Of a stretch of DNA of 64,000 nucleotides, positions 53,887 to 64,000 are shown one piece after another. The notes beneath the pieces were generated by a model, which saw nothing but the letters and a program-made list of their open reading frames with translations, did no database searches and was not told the DNA's origin. A program made the position numbers and the translations under genes. How positions within the stretch are numbered: position 1 is the first letter of the stretch; the number at the start of each line of letters is the position of its first letter. The stretch lies in the NCBI RefSeq assembly GCF_056712565.1, contig NZ_CM160072.1. One strand, written 5' to 3'.

Positions 53887-54270
53887 ATGTTCGTTGACAG
53901 ACAGCGAATCGATCTGCTGAACCGGTTGATCGACGCACGCGTTGACCTCGCCGCATACGTGCAACTGAGGAAGGCAAAAGGATACATGTCCGTCAGCGAA
54001 AGCAATCATCTACGAGATAACTTTTTTAAACTGAATCGCGAACTGCACGATAAATCGCTGCGGTTGAATCTTCATCTGGATCAGGAAGAATGGAGTGCTC
54101 TTCATCATGCTGAAGAAGCATTAGCGACAGCCGCAGTATGTTTGATGAGTGGGCACCATGATTGCCCGACTGTTATTACCGTCAACGCCGATAAGCTTGA
54201 AAATTGTCTGATGAGCTTAACGCTGAGTATCCAGAGCCTGCAGAAGCACGCCATGCTTGAGAAGGCCTGA
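53887..54270 (+). CDS. bssR: Biofilm regulator BssR/YliH (127 aa)
   Basis: Start trimmed to MFVDRQRIDLLNRLIDARVD; followed by hairpin aagggggagaaagcgtctccccctt (54276-54300). Confidence 0.88.
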   Translation: MFVDRQRIDLLNRLIDARVDLAAYVQLRKAKGYMSVSESNHLRDNFFKLNRELHDKSLRLNLHLDQEEWSALHHAEEALATAAVCLMSGHHDCPTVITVNADKLENCLMSLTLSIQSLQKHAMLEKA

Positions 54271-54380
54271 AAACTAAGGGGGAGAAAGCGTCTCCCCCTT
54301 CATGTTTAAGTTTTTGTAAAAATGAATTTGTTATCTCCTCCACTGACTACGCTTTAAGCCAGAGTCAATCCGGAGGCGTT

Positions 54381-55496
54381 ATGCATCGACAATCCTTTTT
54401 CCTTGTGCCCCTTATTTGTCTTTCTTCCGCTCTCTGGGCAGCTCCTGCAACGGTAAATGTCGAAGTACTGCAAGACAAACTCGACCATCCCTGGGCGCTG
54501 GCCTTTTTACCCGATAATCACGGTATGTTAATCACTCTGCGCGGCGGCGAGTTGCGTCACTGGCAAGCAGGAAAAGGATTATCTGCGCCGCTTTCCGGAG
54601 TGCCGGACGTTTGGGCGCACGGGCAGGGCGGCCTGCTGGACGTGGTTTTAGCGCCCGATTTTGCTCAGTCGCGCCGCATCTGGTTAAGTTATTCCGAAGT
54701 TGGCGATGATGGCAAAGCCGGAACTGCTGTGGGTTATGGCCGCTTAAGTGATGATCTCTCAAAAGTGACCGACTTCCGCACCGTCTTTCGTCAGATGCCA
54801 AAACTGTCTACCGGCAACCATTTTGGCGGGCGGATGGTATTTGACGGTAAAGGTTATCTTTTTATTGCTCTGGGCGAAAACAATCAGCGCCCGACGGCGC
54901 AGGATCTGGATAAATTACAGGGCAAACTGGTGCGACTGACCGACCTGGGAGAAATCCCGGATGATAATCCTTTTATAAAGGAATCTGGTGTGCGCGCCGA
55001 GATCTGGTCTTATGGCATTCGTAATCCGCAAGGAATGGCGATGAATCCGTGGAGTAATGCACTATGGCTGAATGAACATGGCCCGCGCGGTGGCGATGAA
55101 ATTAATATCCCGCAAAAAGGCAAAAACTACGGCTGGCCGCTGGCAACCTGGGGAATCAACTATTCAGGCTTTAAGATACCGGAGGCGAAAGGGGAGATCG
55201 TCGCCGGGACCGAGCAACCTGTTTTTTACTGGAAAGATTCGCCCGCCGTGAGCGGCATGGCCTTCTATAACAGCGATAAATTCCCCCAGTGGCAGCAAAA
55301 ATTATTTATTGGCGCGCTGAAAGATAAAGATGTCATCGTGATGAGCGTCAACGGCGACAAAGTGACAGAAGATGGCCGTATTTTAACGGACAAAGGGCAG
55401 CGAATTCGTGATGTTCGCACTGGACCCGACGGTTATTTATACGTTCTCACCGACGAGTCCAGTGGGGAATTACTTAAAGTTAGCCCACGCAATTAG
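54381..55496 (+). CDS. yliI: Soluble aldose sugar dehydrogenase YliI (PQQ-dependent, 371 aa)
   Basis: Signal peptide [20 protein letters not shown]; beta-propeller. Confidence 0.92.
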
Positions 55497-56119
55497 CTAA
55501 CGGGAATCATCACCACTTTGCGCACTGCGGGGCGTTCAGTGAGTTGCTGATACCAGCGTTGCAGATTTGGACGCGGTGTCCAGGTCAGGCCAACGTTAAA
55601 CAAATTGTAGATGAACGGTGCGATAGCGATATCGCCCACACCAAACTCGTCGCCTGAGAACCATTTTACTTTTGCCAGTTCCGCATCTAGCAGGGCAAAC
55701 AGGGCGTCGCACTCTTTGCAACTGGCATCAATGGCGGCCTGATCGCGCTCTTCCGGTGGTGTTCTGACTAATCCCATCAGGATCCCGCGATGAGCATTAC
55801 TGAGCGTCTGGTTTGCCCAGTCCATCCATTTTTCTGCTTCCGCACGACGTGCCGGTGAGTCGATCCACAGGCGTTTTTGCCCGTACTGTGCCGCCAGATA
55901 GCGGACAATGGCGTTTGATTCCCAAAGAATGAGATCACTTTCGTCGTCACGCAACAACGGCACCAGCCCGTTAGGGTTCATCGCCAGAAAATCAGCATCG
56001 TGATTTATCCCAAACTCACGGCCCGCGAGAATTTGCTCATAAGGTAGTTCCAGTTCTTCGAGCGTCAGCAATACTTTTTTTACGTTGGTTGAATTATTCC
56101 GACCCCACAGCGTAATCAT
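55493..56119 (-). CDS. gstB: Glutathione S-transferase GstB/YliJ (208 aa)
   Basis: Start trimmed to [16 protein letters not shown]; thioredoxin-like GST N-domain. Confidence 0.92.
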
Positions 56120-56365
56120 ACTCACCCCTTTTCCGACAGGCAGCCACAGGCTGAACAGGACTCCGATGGTGAAGTAAAGTTAACTTTTAAGCAACAGCTG
56201 GCAAAAAAATGACACCAGAAGCAGCGAAGCGGCAGGATATTGCATAAACTTTAAAAACTTTACCAACTTACGGTTTCTTTAAGTTTGTGTGTGCGTTATT
56301 AATCACCGAACTTATCATACGGCGATATAACGTATTTTTTTTGAATGGATACTCGGGTGGCATTT

Positions 56366-57568
56366 ATGACGCAATACTCCTCTCTCCTTCGTGGTCTTGC
56401 AGCGGGTTCTGCATTTTTATTCCTTTTTGCCCCAACGGCATTCGCGGCGGAACAAACCGTTGAAGCGCCGAGCGTGGATGCGCGTGCATGGATTTTAATG
56501 GATTACGCCAGCGGTAAAGTGCTGGCAGAAGGCAATGCGGATGAGAAACTGGATCCCGCGAGCCTGACTAAAATCATGACCAGCTATGTGGTTGGGCAGG
56601 CGCTTAAGGCCGATAAGATTAAACTCACCGATATGGTGACGGTCGGTAAAGATGCCTGGGCGACGGGAAATCCGGCACTGCGTGGTTCATCGGTAATGTT
56701 CCTCAAACCGGGCGATCAGGTTTCGGTGGCAGACTTGAACAAAGGTGTGATTATCCAGTCCGGTAATGACGCCTGTATTGCGCTGGCTGATTACGTTGCC
56801 GGGAGCCAGGAGTCATTTATTGGTTTGATGAATGGTTATGCCAAAAAACTGGGTCTGACCAACACTACCTTCCAGACGGTGCACGGCCTGGATGCGCCGG
56901 GGCAGTTCAGTACCGCGCGCGATATGGCATTGCTGGGTAAAGCATTGATCCACGATGTGCCGGAAGAGTACGCCATTCATAAAGAGAAAGAGTTCACCTT
57001 CAACAAAATTCGTCAGCCTAACCGTAATCGTCTGCTGTGGAGCAGCAATCTGAATGTTGATGGCATGAAGACAGGAACCACGGCAGGCGCGGGATATAAT
57101 CTGGTTGCTTCGGCTACCCAGGGCGATATGCGTTTAATCTCCGTAGTGCTGGGGGCGAAAACTGACCGTATCCGTTTTAATGAGTCTGAGAAATTATTGA
57201 CCTGGGGTTTCCGCTTCTTTGAAACCGTGACGCCAATTAAACCTGATGCCACATTTGTGACTCAGCGCGTCTGGTTTGGTGATAAGAGCGAAGTGAATCT
57301 CGGGGCAGGCGAAGCGGGCTCAGTGACCATACCGCGTGGGCAGCTGAAAAACCTGAAGGCGAGTTATACGTTAATGGAACCGCAGCTTACCGCACCGCTG
57401 AAAAAAGGTCAGGTTGTCGGCACCATTGATTTCCAGCTTAACGGTAAATCCATTGAGCAGCGTCCGCTGATCGTGATGGAAAATGTGGAAGAGGGCGGAT
57501 TCTTTGGTCGGATGTGGGATTTCGTGATGATGAAATTCCATCAGTGGTTCGGCAGCTGGTTCTCTTAA
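56366..57568 (+). CDS. dacC: D-alanyl-D-alanine carboxypeptidase DacC (PBP6, 400 aa)
   Basis: Start trimmed to [27 protein letters not shown]; active-site SLTK, SGN and KTG motifs. Confidence 0.95.
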   Translation: MTQYSSLLRGLAAGSAFLFLFAPTAFAAEQTVEAPSVDARAWILMDYASGKVLAEGNADEKLDPASLTKIMTSYVVGQALKADKIKLTDMVTVGKDAWATGNPALRGSSVMFLKPGDQVSVADLNKGVIIQSGNDACIALADYVAGSQESFIGLMNGYAKKLGLTNTTFQTVHGLDAPGQFSTARDMALLGKALIHDVPEEYAIHKEKEFTFNKIRQPNRNRLLWSSNLNVDGMKTGTTAGAGYNLVASATQGDMRLISVVLGAKTDRIRFNESEKLLTWGFRFFETVTPIKPDATFVTQRVWFGDKSEVNLGAGEAGSVTIPRGQLKNLKASYTLMEPQLTAPLKKGQVVGTIDFQLNGKSIEQRPLIVMENVEEGGFFGRMWDFVMMKFHQWFGSWFS

Positions 57569-57575
57569 TCTTCTG

Positions 57576-57609
57576 ATAACCGGATGGCGCGAAACGTCAT
57601 CCGGTTATA
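57576..57609. terminator. Putative bidirectional terminator between convergent dacC and deoR
   Basis: Inverted repeat ataaccggatg...catccggttat. Confidence 0.4.
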
Positions 57610-57614
57610 CGTCA

Positions 57615-58373
57615 TTAATACATCAACTTAATACGCTGCGTCTGCGCGTACTTCACATACTCATCTTCCGGGCAACAATCGCTCACAACAATATCAAAGC
57701 GTTTCAGGTCACCCATGCGCGCCGGACGCACCTTGCCAAATTTACTGTGGTCGACAACCAGCACATGCTTTTGCGCCATCGACATGGCCCAGTGTTTTAC
57801 CGGCAACTCTTCAAGATTAAAGCAGGTAGCGCCTTTACTGACATGCACGCCCGCAGCGGAATAAAAAGCGATATCCGGGCAAAAATTATTCAGCGTTTGC
57901 TGAAAATCGATGGGTTTGAAAATGGCGTTGCTGGCGTGAAATTCACCACCGCAAAGAAACGCGCGGCAATGGGGTTTCTCTTTCAGCGCCAGAAAGGTAT
58001 TTAGCGAATAACAAACGGCGGTAAAAGGGATTTCATTATCAATTGCTTCAATAATCCACGGCGTGGTGGTGCCACAGTCAAAAAAGAGGGTCTGATCGGG
58101 TTCTACCAGCGTCGCAGCCAGTTTTGCCGCCCGGCGTTTTTCTTCCACCAGGCGGGATTTTTGATCGCTTAACAGGTAATGGCTGGCGCTGCGTGGTTCC
58201 AGAACAATATAGCCGCCGAGCAAAACGACGGGCGCACTGTGGTTGTTCAGATCGCGACGAATCGTCATCTCCGAAACCCCAAGCAGGGCGGCGGCGTCTT
58301 TAAGATGTAACTTATCACTGCGTTTTAATTCTTGCAGCAGCTGCCCGATACGCTCTTCGCGACGTGTTTCCAT
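57615..58373 (-). CDS. deoR: Deoxyribose operon repressor DeoR (252 aa)
   Basis: 252-aa ORF METRREERIGQLLQELKRSD... with N-terminal HTH. Confidence 0.95.
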   Translation of the reverse strand: METRREERIGQLLQELKRSDKLHLKDAAALLGVSEMTIRRDLNNHSAPVVLLGGYIVLEPRSASHYLLSDQKSRLVEEKRRAAKLAATLVEPDQTLFFDCGTTTPWIIEAIDNEIPFTAVCYSLNTFLALKEKPHCRAFLCGGEFHASNAIFKPIDFQQTLNNFCPDIAFYSAAGVHVSKGATCFNLEELPVKHWAMSMAQKHVLVVDHSKFGKVRPARMGDLKRFDIVVSDCCPEDEYVKYAQTQRIKLMY

Positions 58374-58430
58374 AATCCCTCTGAATAGTTATTGAAGCGA
58401 GCCGCTCAATACTACACTTTTTAGCAGAGA

Positions 58431-59027
58431 TCAGTCACGCACCCAGCCTTTGCGGATCGGTAATGCAAAACAGAAGCGATACCACGATTGCAGACGTTGA
58501 TAGAGTTTATGCCCCATCGCTTGCCAGATAATCTGGGCGCTAAGGCAGCCAATCATACCTGCCAGCAATCCACCGAGCATATCCAGCGGCCAGTGGACGC
58601 CAAGATAAACGCGCGACCAGGCAATGACGACGGCCAGCACCATTAAAAGTGAGCCGGACCACAGGCGATGCCAGCATAAAAATGCCAGTGCAAAGGTGAA
58701 AATCACCGTACCGTGATCGCTCGGGAATGAGTCATCCGCCGCATGATGCAGGAAGTTATAGCCGATATTTTCGACAAAGGGTCGGTCGTGCGGAAAAAGA
58801 TGTCCCATCGTCCAGGACACAAACAGGCTGACCGCCAGCGCGATAGCGATTTTTATCACCAGTTGCCGTTGTGCTGTAAGCCCCCACAACCAAAGTACTG
58901 CGGCCAGCAACGGCACCACGGTAATCAAATCTTTAGCAATAAAAATCGCCAACGAGATCATCCACGGCGCAGAGTCTGGCGTTGCGTTAATAAGAGAGAA
59001 TAGAGAGAGATTCAAATTTTCCAGCAT
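58431..59027 (-). CDS. ybjG: Undecaprenyl-diphosphate phosphatase YbjG (PAP2 family, 198 aa)
   Basis: Start trimmed to MLENLNLSLFSLINATPDSA; PAP2 motifs (PSDHG, SRVYLGVHWPLD). Confidence 0.9.
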   Translation of the reverse strand: MLENLNLSLFSLINATPDSAPWMISLAIFIAKDLITVVPLLAAVLWLWGLTAQRQLVIKIAIALAVSLFVSWTMGHLFPHDRPFVENIGYNFLHHAADDSFPSDHGTVIFTFALAFLCWHRLWSGSLLMVLAVVIAWSRVYLGVHWPLDMLGGLLAGMIGCLSAQIIWQAMGHKLYQRLQSWYRFCFALPIRKGWVRD

Positions 59028-59311
59028 AACTTCCCGACGCAAAGTGATTAAAAGGGAGCCAATACAGGCAAGTCGTTGAGAATAAAGTGCAGGTTAAACT
59101 GGGTAAAGCGGCATCGTCTTATTTCCCTCAAGCGGCCTGTTTACGGTAGGTGATTGTAACGGGCAAAGGTTAAATAAAACTTAAAGAAAGCGTAGCTATA
59201 CTCGCAATAATGTAAGAATGTGCTTAACCGTGGTTTCAGCTACAAAATTCGCTTTCTCGTTAGCTGCGCTTTTATTAAACTTTGCGCGATTATTATTGGC
59301 GAAGAAATTGC

Positions 59312-60544
59312 ATGCAAAATAAATTAGCTTCCGGTGCCAGGCTTGGACGTCAGGCGTTACTTTTCCCTCTCTGTCTGGTGCTTTACGAATTTTCAACCTA
59401 TATCGGCAACGATATGATTCAACCCGGTATGTTGGCCGTGGTGGAACAATATCAGGCGGGCATTGATTGGGTTCCTACTTCGATGACTGCGTATCTGGCG
59501 GGCGGGATGTTTTTACAATGGCTCCTGGGGCCGTTGTCGGATCGTATTGGCCGCCGTCCGGTGATGTTGGCGGGAGTGGTGTGGTTTATCGTCACCTGTC
59601 TGGCAATATTACTGGCGCAAAACATTGAACAATTCACCCTGTTGCGCTTCTTGCAGGGCATAAGCCTCTGTTTCATTGGCGCTGTGGGATACGCCGCAAT
59701 TCAGGAATCCTTCGAAGAGGCCGTTTGTATCAAGATCACCGCGCTAATGGCGAACGTGGCGCTGATTGCTCCACTACTTGGTCCGCTGGTGGGCGCGGCG
59801 TGGATCCATGTGCTGCCCTGGGAAGGGATGTTTGTCTTGTTTGCCGCATTGGCAGCGATCTCCTTTTTCGGTCTGCAACGAGCTATGCCTGAAACCGCCA
59901 CGCGTATAGGCGAGAAACTGTCGCTGAAAGAACTCGGTCGTGACTATAAGTTGGTGCTGAAGAACGGCCGCTTTGTGGCGGGGGCGCTGGCGCTGGGATT
60001 CGTTAGCCTGCCGTTGTTGGCGTGGATCGCCCAGTCGCCGATTATCATTATTACCGGTGAGCAGTTGAGCAGCTATGAATATGGCTTGCTGCAAGTGCCT
60101 ATTTTCGGGGCGTTAATTGCGGGTAACTTGCTGTTAGCGCGTCTGACCTCGCGCCGCACCGTACGTTCGCTGATTATTATGGGCGGCTGGCCGATTATGA
60201 TTGGTCTGTTGGTCGCTGCTGCGGCAACGGTTATCTCATCGCACGCGTATTTATGGATGACCGCCGGGTTAAGTATTTATGCTTTCGGTATTGGTCTGGC
60301 GAATGCGGGACTGGTGCGATTAACCCTGTTTGCCAGCGATATGAGTAAAGGTACGGTTTCTGCGGCGATGGGGATGCTGCAAATGCTGATCTTTACCGTC
60401 GGTATTGAAATCAGCAAACATGCCTGGCTGAACGGGGGCAACGGACTGTTTAATCTCTTCAACCTTGTCAACGGCATTTTGTGGCTGTCGCTGATGGTTA
60501 TCTTTTTAAAAGATAAACAGATGGGAAATTCGCACGAAGGGTAA
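59312..60544 (+). CDS. mdfA: Multidrug efflux MFS transporter MdfA/Cmr (410 aa)
   Basis: Start trimmed to [20 protein letters not shown]; 12-TM MFS. Confidence 0.95.
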
Positions 60545-60548
60545 AAAA

Positions 60549-60577
60549 ATGCCTGATTGCTTTGTGCGATCAGGCAT
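60549..60577. terminator. Putative bidirectional terminator between convergent mdfA and ybjH
   Basis: Inverted repeat atgcctgat...atcaggcat preceded by an A-run. Confidence 0.4.
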
Positions 60578-60584
60578 TCTCGAA

Positions 60585-60851
60585 TTAATGGTGATGGTCG
60601 TCAATCTGGTGTTCGATAACCATCCCTTCACCTACGCTGGCAAGATGGCGAACATAAGGATGCGGGCGGTAAGCCGGAGCTGGCGCAGGAGCCACATAGA
60701 CGGTTTGCGGCACAGTCGCGACGCTGACTGAATCAGGAACCACAACCACTTTGTATCCACTCGGCACATCGACGGTGACACTTTGCGCCATCGCCACACC
60801 AGTAAAGCCCATTAAAAGCGCGCCCAACAGTAGACAATTTTTCATAATCAT
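60585..60851 (-). CDS. ybjH: YbjH, small secreted protein of unknown function
   Basis: Signal peptide MIMKNCLLLGALLMGFTGVAMA; start choice uncertain (ORF track extends 15 codons upstream); C-terminal His-rich tail. Confidence 0.6.
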   Translation of the reverse strand: MIMKNCLLLGALLMGFTGVAMAQSVTVDVPSGYKVVVVPDSVSVATVPQTVYVAPAPAPAYRPHPYVRHLASVGEGMVIEHQIDDHHH

Positions 60852-60935
60852 TTCGCCTGAAATAATGCAGCGGGTTAATTTCCGCGAATTATGCAATCTT
60901 CATTCAGGCATTGTGTTGCCGGGCGTGCTGCCGTT

Positions 60936-61751
60936 TTATTGGTTAAATGGCGCTTCGTGTTTAAGCACTTTATCGATCACATCCAGTACGCCTTCACGGT
61001 TATTGGAGCCTGCCCGGTATTTTGCCGCTGCGACGACCGCGCTGCCGGCATTTTCCATTGCAAAACTAAAGCCTGCCTGACGCAGCATCTCAATATCGTT
61101 ACCGCCATCGCCAAAGACCACCACTTCGCTGTCGTCTATTCCCCATAATTTCTGCAGTTGGCGAAGGCCATTGGCTTTATGTACACCGGGGATAATCAGA
61201 TCGATGCTGCCGTTGCCGGTATGGACCGGTACCATGATATCGCCGATGGCCTCATGTAATGCTTTTTGCACTTGTGGGATCAGTTCGTCAGAGAGATTAA
61301 GGCCAAATTTAAAGAAGATATCTTCTAAGTTGTCAAAGTTATCGACGTATTCCAGACGGTGATAATACATTTCCGCCACCGTTTTCATGGCATCGTCATA
61401 TTTTTTGAGGGTATAGGCGCTATTTTTTCCGCAGGCAATAATTTCCACTTCCGGGCGCGTCAGCAAATGTTCTACGACAGTAGTAAACGCATCCTTCGAC
61501 AGCTCGCCATTAAAAACATCTTTGCCTTCGCTCACTACCCAGCCGCCGTTTTCAGCCACAAAGGCAATTTCATTAGCAATTTCAGGAAAGAAAGAGATCA
61601 ACTGATAATATTGATTCCCGCTGGCGACCACAAAGCGAATGCCTTGTGCTTTCATTTGCTGATACTGAGCCATAAACCGCTCACGGTTATAGGTTTTTTG
61701 ATCGCTTAAGAAAGTACCATCCATGTCTACCGCAATTAATTTAATGCTCAT
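60936..61751 (-). CDS. ybjI: HAD-superfamily phosphatase YbjI (Cof type, 271 aa)
   Basis: Start at second Met ([15 protein letters not shown]); strong paralogy to ybiV. Confidence 0.92.
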   Translation of the reverse strand: MSIKLIAVDMDGTFLSDQKTYNRERFMAQYQQMKAQGIRFVVASGNQYYQLISFFPEIANEIAFVAENGGWVVSEGKDVFNGELSKDAFTTVVEHLLTRPEVEIIACGKNSAYTLKKYDDAMKTVAEMYYHRLEYVDNFDNLEDIFFKFGLNLSDELIPQVQKALHEAIGDIMVPVHTGNGSIDLIIPGVHKANGLRQLQKLWGIDDSEVVVFGDGGNDIEMLRQAGFSFAMENAGSAVVAAAKYRAGSNNREGVLDVIDKVLKHEAPFNQ

Positions 61752-62959
61752 CAACTATTCTCCATCGCCGTCTGCGTTTTGGTATCGGGTTTGGCGACGG
61801 CTTTCGCGACAATAGCCGCGAGAATAACCAGCGCCAGTACAACCAGCATTGCACTACGTAATCCATAATGTTCGCCGAGATAGCCCAGCAGCGGCGGCCC
61901 GACGAGGAAAGCCAGATAACCGGTCGTAGCTACCACGCTGACGCGGGTTGGTGCATCGGGGCCGGTATCGCTGGCGGCAGAAATAGTCAGCGGGAAGCCC
62001 AACGAGGCACCCAGTCCCCAAAGTACAACAGACACCCCAGCGACCCAGGCGCTATCGACAAAAATAATCAGCCCAATACCCAACGCCCCCATTAGTGCAC
62101 TGGCCCGAACCACGGCAACGCGACTGTAACGGTCAATGAACCAACCGCCGGTAAAGCGTCCAACGGTCATCCCCAGGGTAAAACCGGCATAAATCAGCGA
62201 GCCGGAAGTAGGGCTAAAACCGTGACCATCAACCATTAATAAGGGTAACCAGTCGTTGGCAGAACCTTCGGCAAAGGCCATCGCCAGCACCACAACACCA
62301 ATCAACAGCAACTGGATATCCCGATAAAAAGGTACGCCTTTTTCACCATGCTGGGTGCCATCGGCAGCATTTTTGCCCGTACCGTCAGGGATTGCCTGAA
62401 TGGCGATATAAATAGGTGCGATGCCTACCAGCGCCGCCAATAAAATATGCACCGTTGCCGGAACGCCAAAGGCCGTCAGTGCCATCCCGACACCTGCGCC
62501 TGCCAGCGTGCCCAGGCTATAAAAACCGTGCATCATCGGTAAAACCGTCTTATTCATTTCTCTCTCAACGGCGGCACCTTCAACGTTTATCGCCACTTCC
62601 GCAGAACCAAAACTAGCCCCAAAGACGCCGAGACCAACGGCAAAGAGCAAGGGCGATGTCAGCCAGAGTGCCAGACTTAATATCATCATCCCAATCAATG
62701 CGCAGGACATCGTCACAAGGATGACATTACGCGTCCCAAAGCGTTTCACTAACCACGCCGAGCAGAGAATACCGCTCATCGAACCGATCGACAGACCAAA
62801 GAGAACACCGCCCATTTCAGCGATCGAGACAGAGAGAATATCGCGGATAGCAGGCGTACGGGTTGCCCAGGACGCCATTAACAGGCCTGGCAAAAAGAAG
62901 AACATAAACAGCGCCCAGGTTCGGCGTTTCAATGCATTACGTGAAGAATTTACGGTCAT
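61751..62959 (-). CDS. ybjJ: MFS transporter YbjJ (402 aa)
   Basis: Start trimmed to [20 protein letters not shown]; 12-TM MFS. Confidence 0.9.
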
Positions 62960-63042
62960 AGACCACGTCAAAATAAGAAGAGGGAAGACAACATTAGCAA
63001 GACTGTGTACATTTGTACACAATTGCAGAGAGAGGAAATGAC

Positions 63043-63579
63043 ATGCGTCGCGCTAACGATCCGCAACGGCGAGAAAAAATTATCCAGGCCACGCTGGAGG
63101 CGGTGAAACTTTACGGAATACATGCTGTTACACACCGCAAAATTGCTACCCTTGCCGGGGTGCCGTTGGGATCGATGACCTACTATTTTTCAGGAATTGA
63201 TGAGTTGTTGCTGGAGGCGTTCAGCCGTTTTACTGAGATCATGTCCCGGCAATATCAGGCATTTTTTAGCGATGTTAGTGATGCTCCAGGCGCATGCCAG
63301 GCTATCACCGATATGATCTACAGCTCACAGGTCGCAACGCCGGATAATATGGAGCTGATGTACCAGCTCTACGCGCTGGCTAGCCGAAAACCGCTCTTAA
63401 AAACGGTAATGCAAAACTGGATGCAGCGCAGTCAACAAACGCTCGAACAATGGTTTGAACCCGGAACCGCCCGCGCGCTTGATGCGTTTATTGAGGGAAT
63501 GACGCTGCATTTTGTCACCGACCGTAAGCCGCTATCACGCGAGGAGATTTTGAGGATGGTTGAGAGGATTGCTGGGTAG
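63043..63579 (+). CDS. rcdA: TetR-family transcriptional regulator RcdA/YbjK (178 aa)
   Basis: Start trimmed to [20 protein letters not shown]; TetR HTH. Confidence 0.9.
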
Positions 63580-63627
63580 TAGATAAATTTCAGGCAACAA
63601 AAAAACCATTTATGTAAACGGGTTAAT

Positions 63628-63665
63628 GAAAACAATAAGTTAGATTAAAAACAATAAGTTAGGTT
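63628..63665. repeat. Tandem direct repeat (2 x ~18 bp) between rcdA and the integrase stop
   Basis: aaaacaataagttagatt followed directly by aaaaacaataagttaggtt; AT-rich. Confidence 0.45.
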
Positions 63666-63683
63666 GGTGGTCAGTGGTGGTTA

Positions 63684-64000
63684 TTACGGGGTAATGCCAA
63701 CCGCTGCCGCCACTTTGTCGCCACTTGGCAGCGTTGCCAGAGGATTGAAACGGAGCGCCGTTTCCAGATGATCCGGTGCCAGATGTGCGTAACGCATAGT
63801 CATTTTTATATCGTGGTGTCCGAGAATTTTTTGTAAGGCCAGAATGTTTCCACCCGACATCATGAAGTGCGCCGCAAACGTATGGCGCAGAACGTGTGTG
63901 AGTTGACCGCGAGGGAGCACGATAGACGTTTTTTCCATCACGGATAAAAATTGAAAATAGCAGTCTGTGAAGAAATTGAACCCATCAAGCGCCATGATCT
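63684..64000 (-). CDS. Phage-type tyrosine recombinase (integrase), C-terminal catalytic part only; gene continues beyond the window end
   Basis: Minus-strand translation ...LTHVLRHTFAAHFMMSGGNILALQKILGHHDIKMTMRYAHLAPDHLETALRFNPL... carries the conserved HxxR box and the RY(A)H tyrosine nucleophile motif of the integrase family; it resembles P2-family integrases (from memory, unverified). Confidence 0.8.
   Translation of the reverse strand, partial: IMALDGFNFFTDCYFQFLSVMEKTSIVLPRGQLTHVLRHTFAAHFMMSGGNILALQKILGHHDIKMTMRYAHLAPDHLETALRFNPLATLPSGDKVAAAVGITP

Overview
This window is a contiguous stretch of Escherichia coli chromosome, recognised by eye from the six-frame translations, with gene order matching K-12 b0790-b0846 (ybhP through rcdA) as I recall it. 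It is almost entirely well-characterised core genome: the cecR-ybhGFSR exporter, rhlE, dinG, ybiB, hcxB, fiu-ybiX-ybiI, rlmF, ybiO, glnHPQ, dps, rhtA, ompX, opgE, mntS/mntR, ldtB, ybiT, the ybiW/ybiY glycyl-radical pair, fsaA, moeAB, iaaA, gsiABCD, pdeI/dgcI, rimO, bssR, yliI, gstB, dacC, deoR, ybjG, mdfA and rcdA. I found no unexplained multi-gene island and no evidence of a novel system. The second looks are four strain-specific differences from the K-12 layout: an IS4 copy inserted in fiu with a 13-bp target duplication; a 5'-truncated ybiA remnant fused to the dinG promoter region; absence of ybiU between ybiT and ybiV; and the 3' end of a phage-type tyrosine integrase immediately downstream of rcdA, where K-12 carries the sRNA gene rybB, implying an integrated element that runs off the right edge. 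No rRNA, tRNA or CRISPR array was recognised. All homology calls are from memory, not database searches; coordinates of starts were trimmed to the known protein N-termini where the ORF track over-extends.
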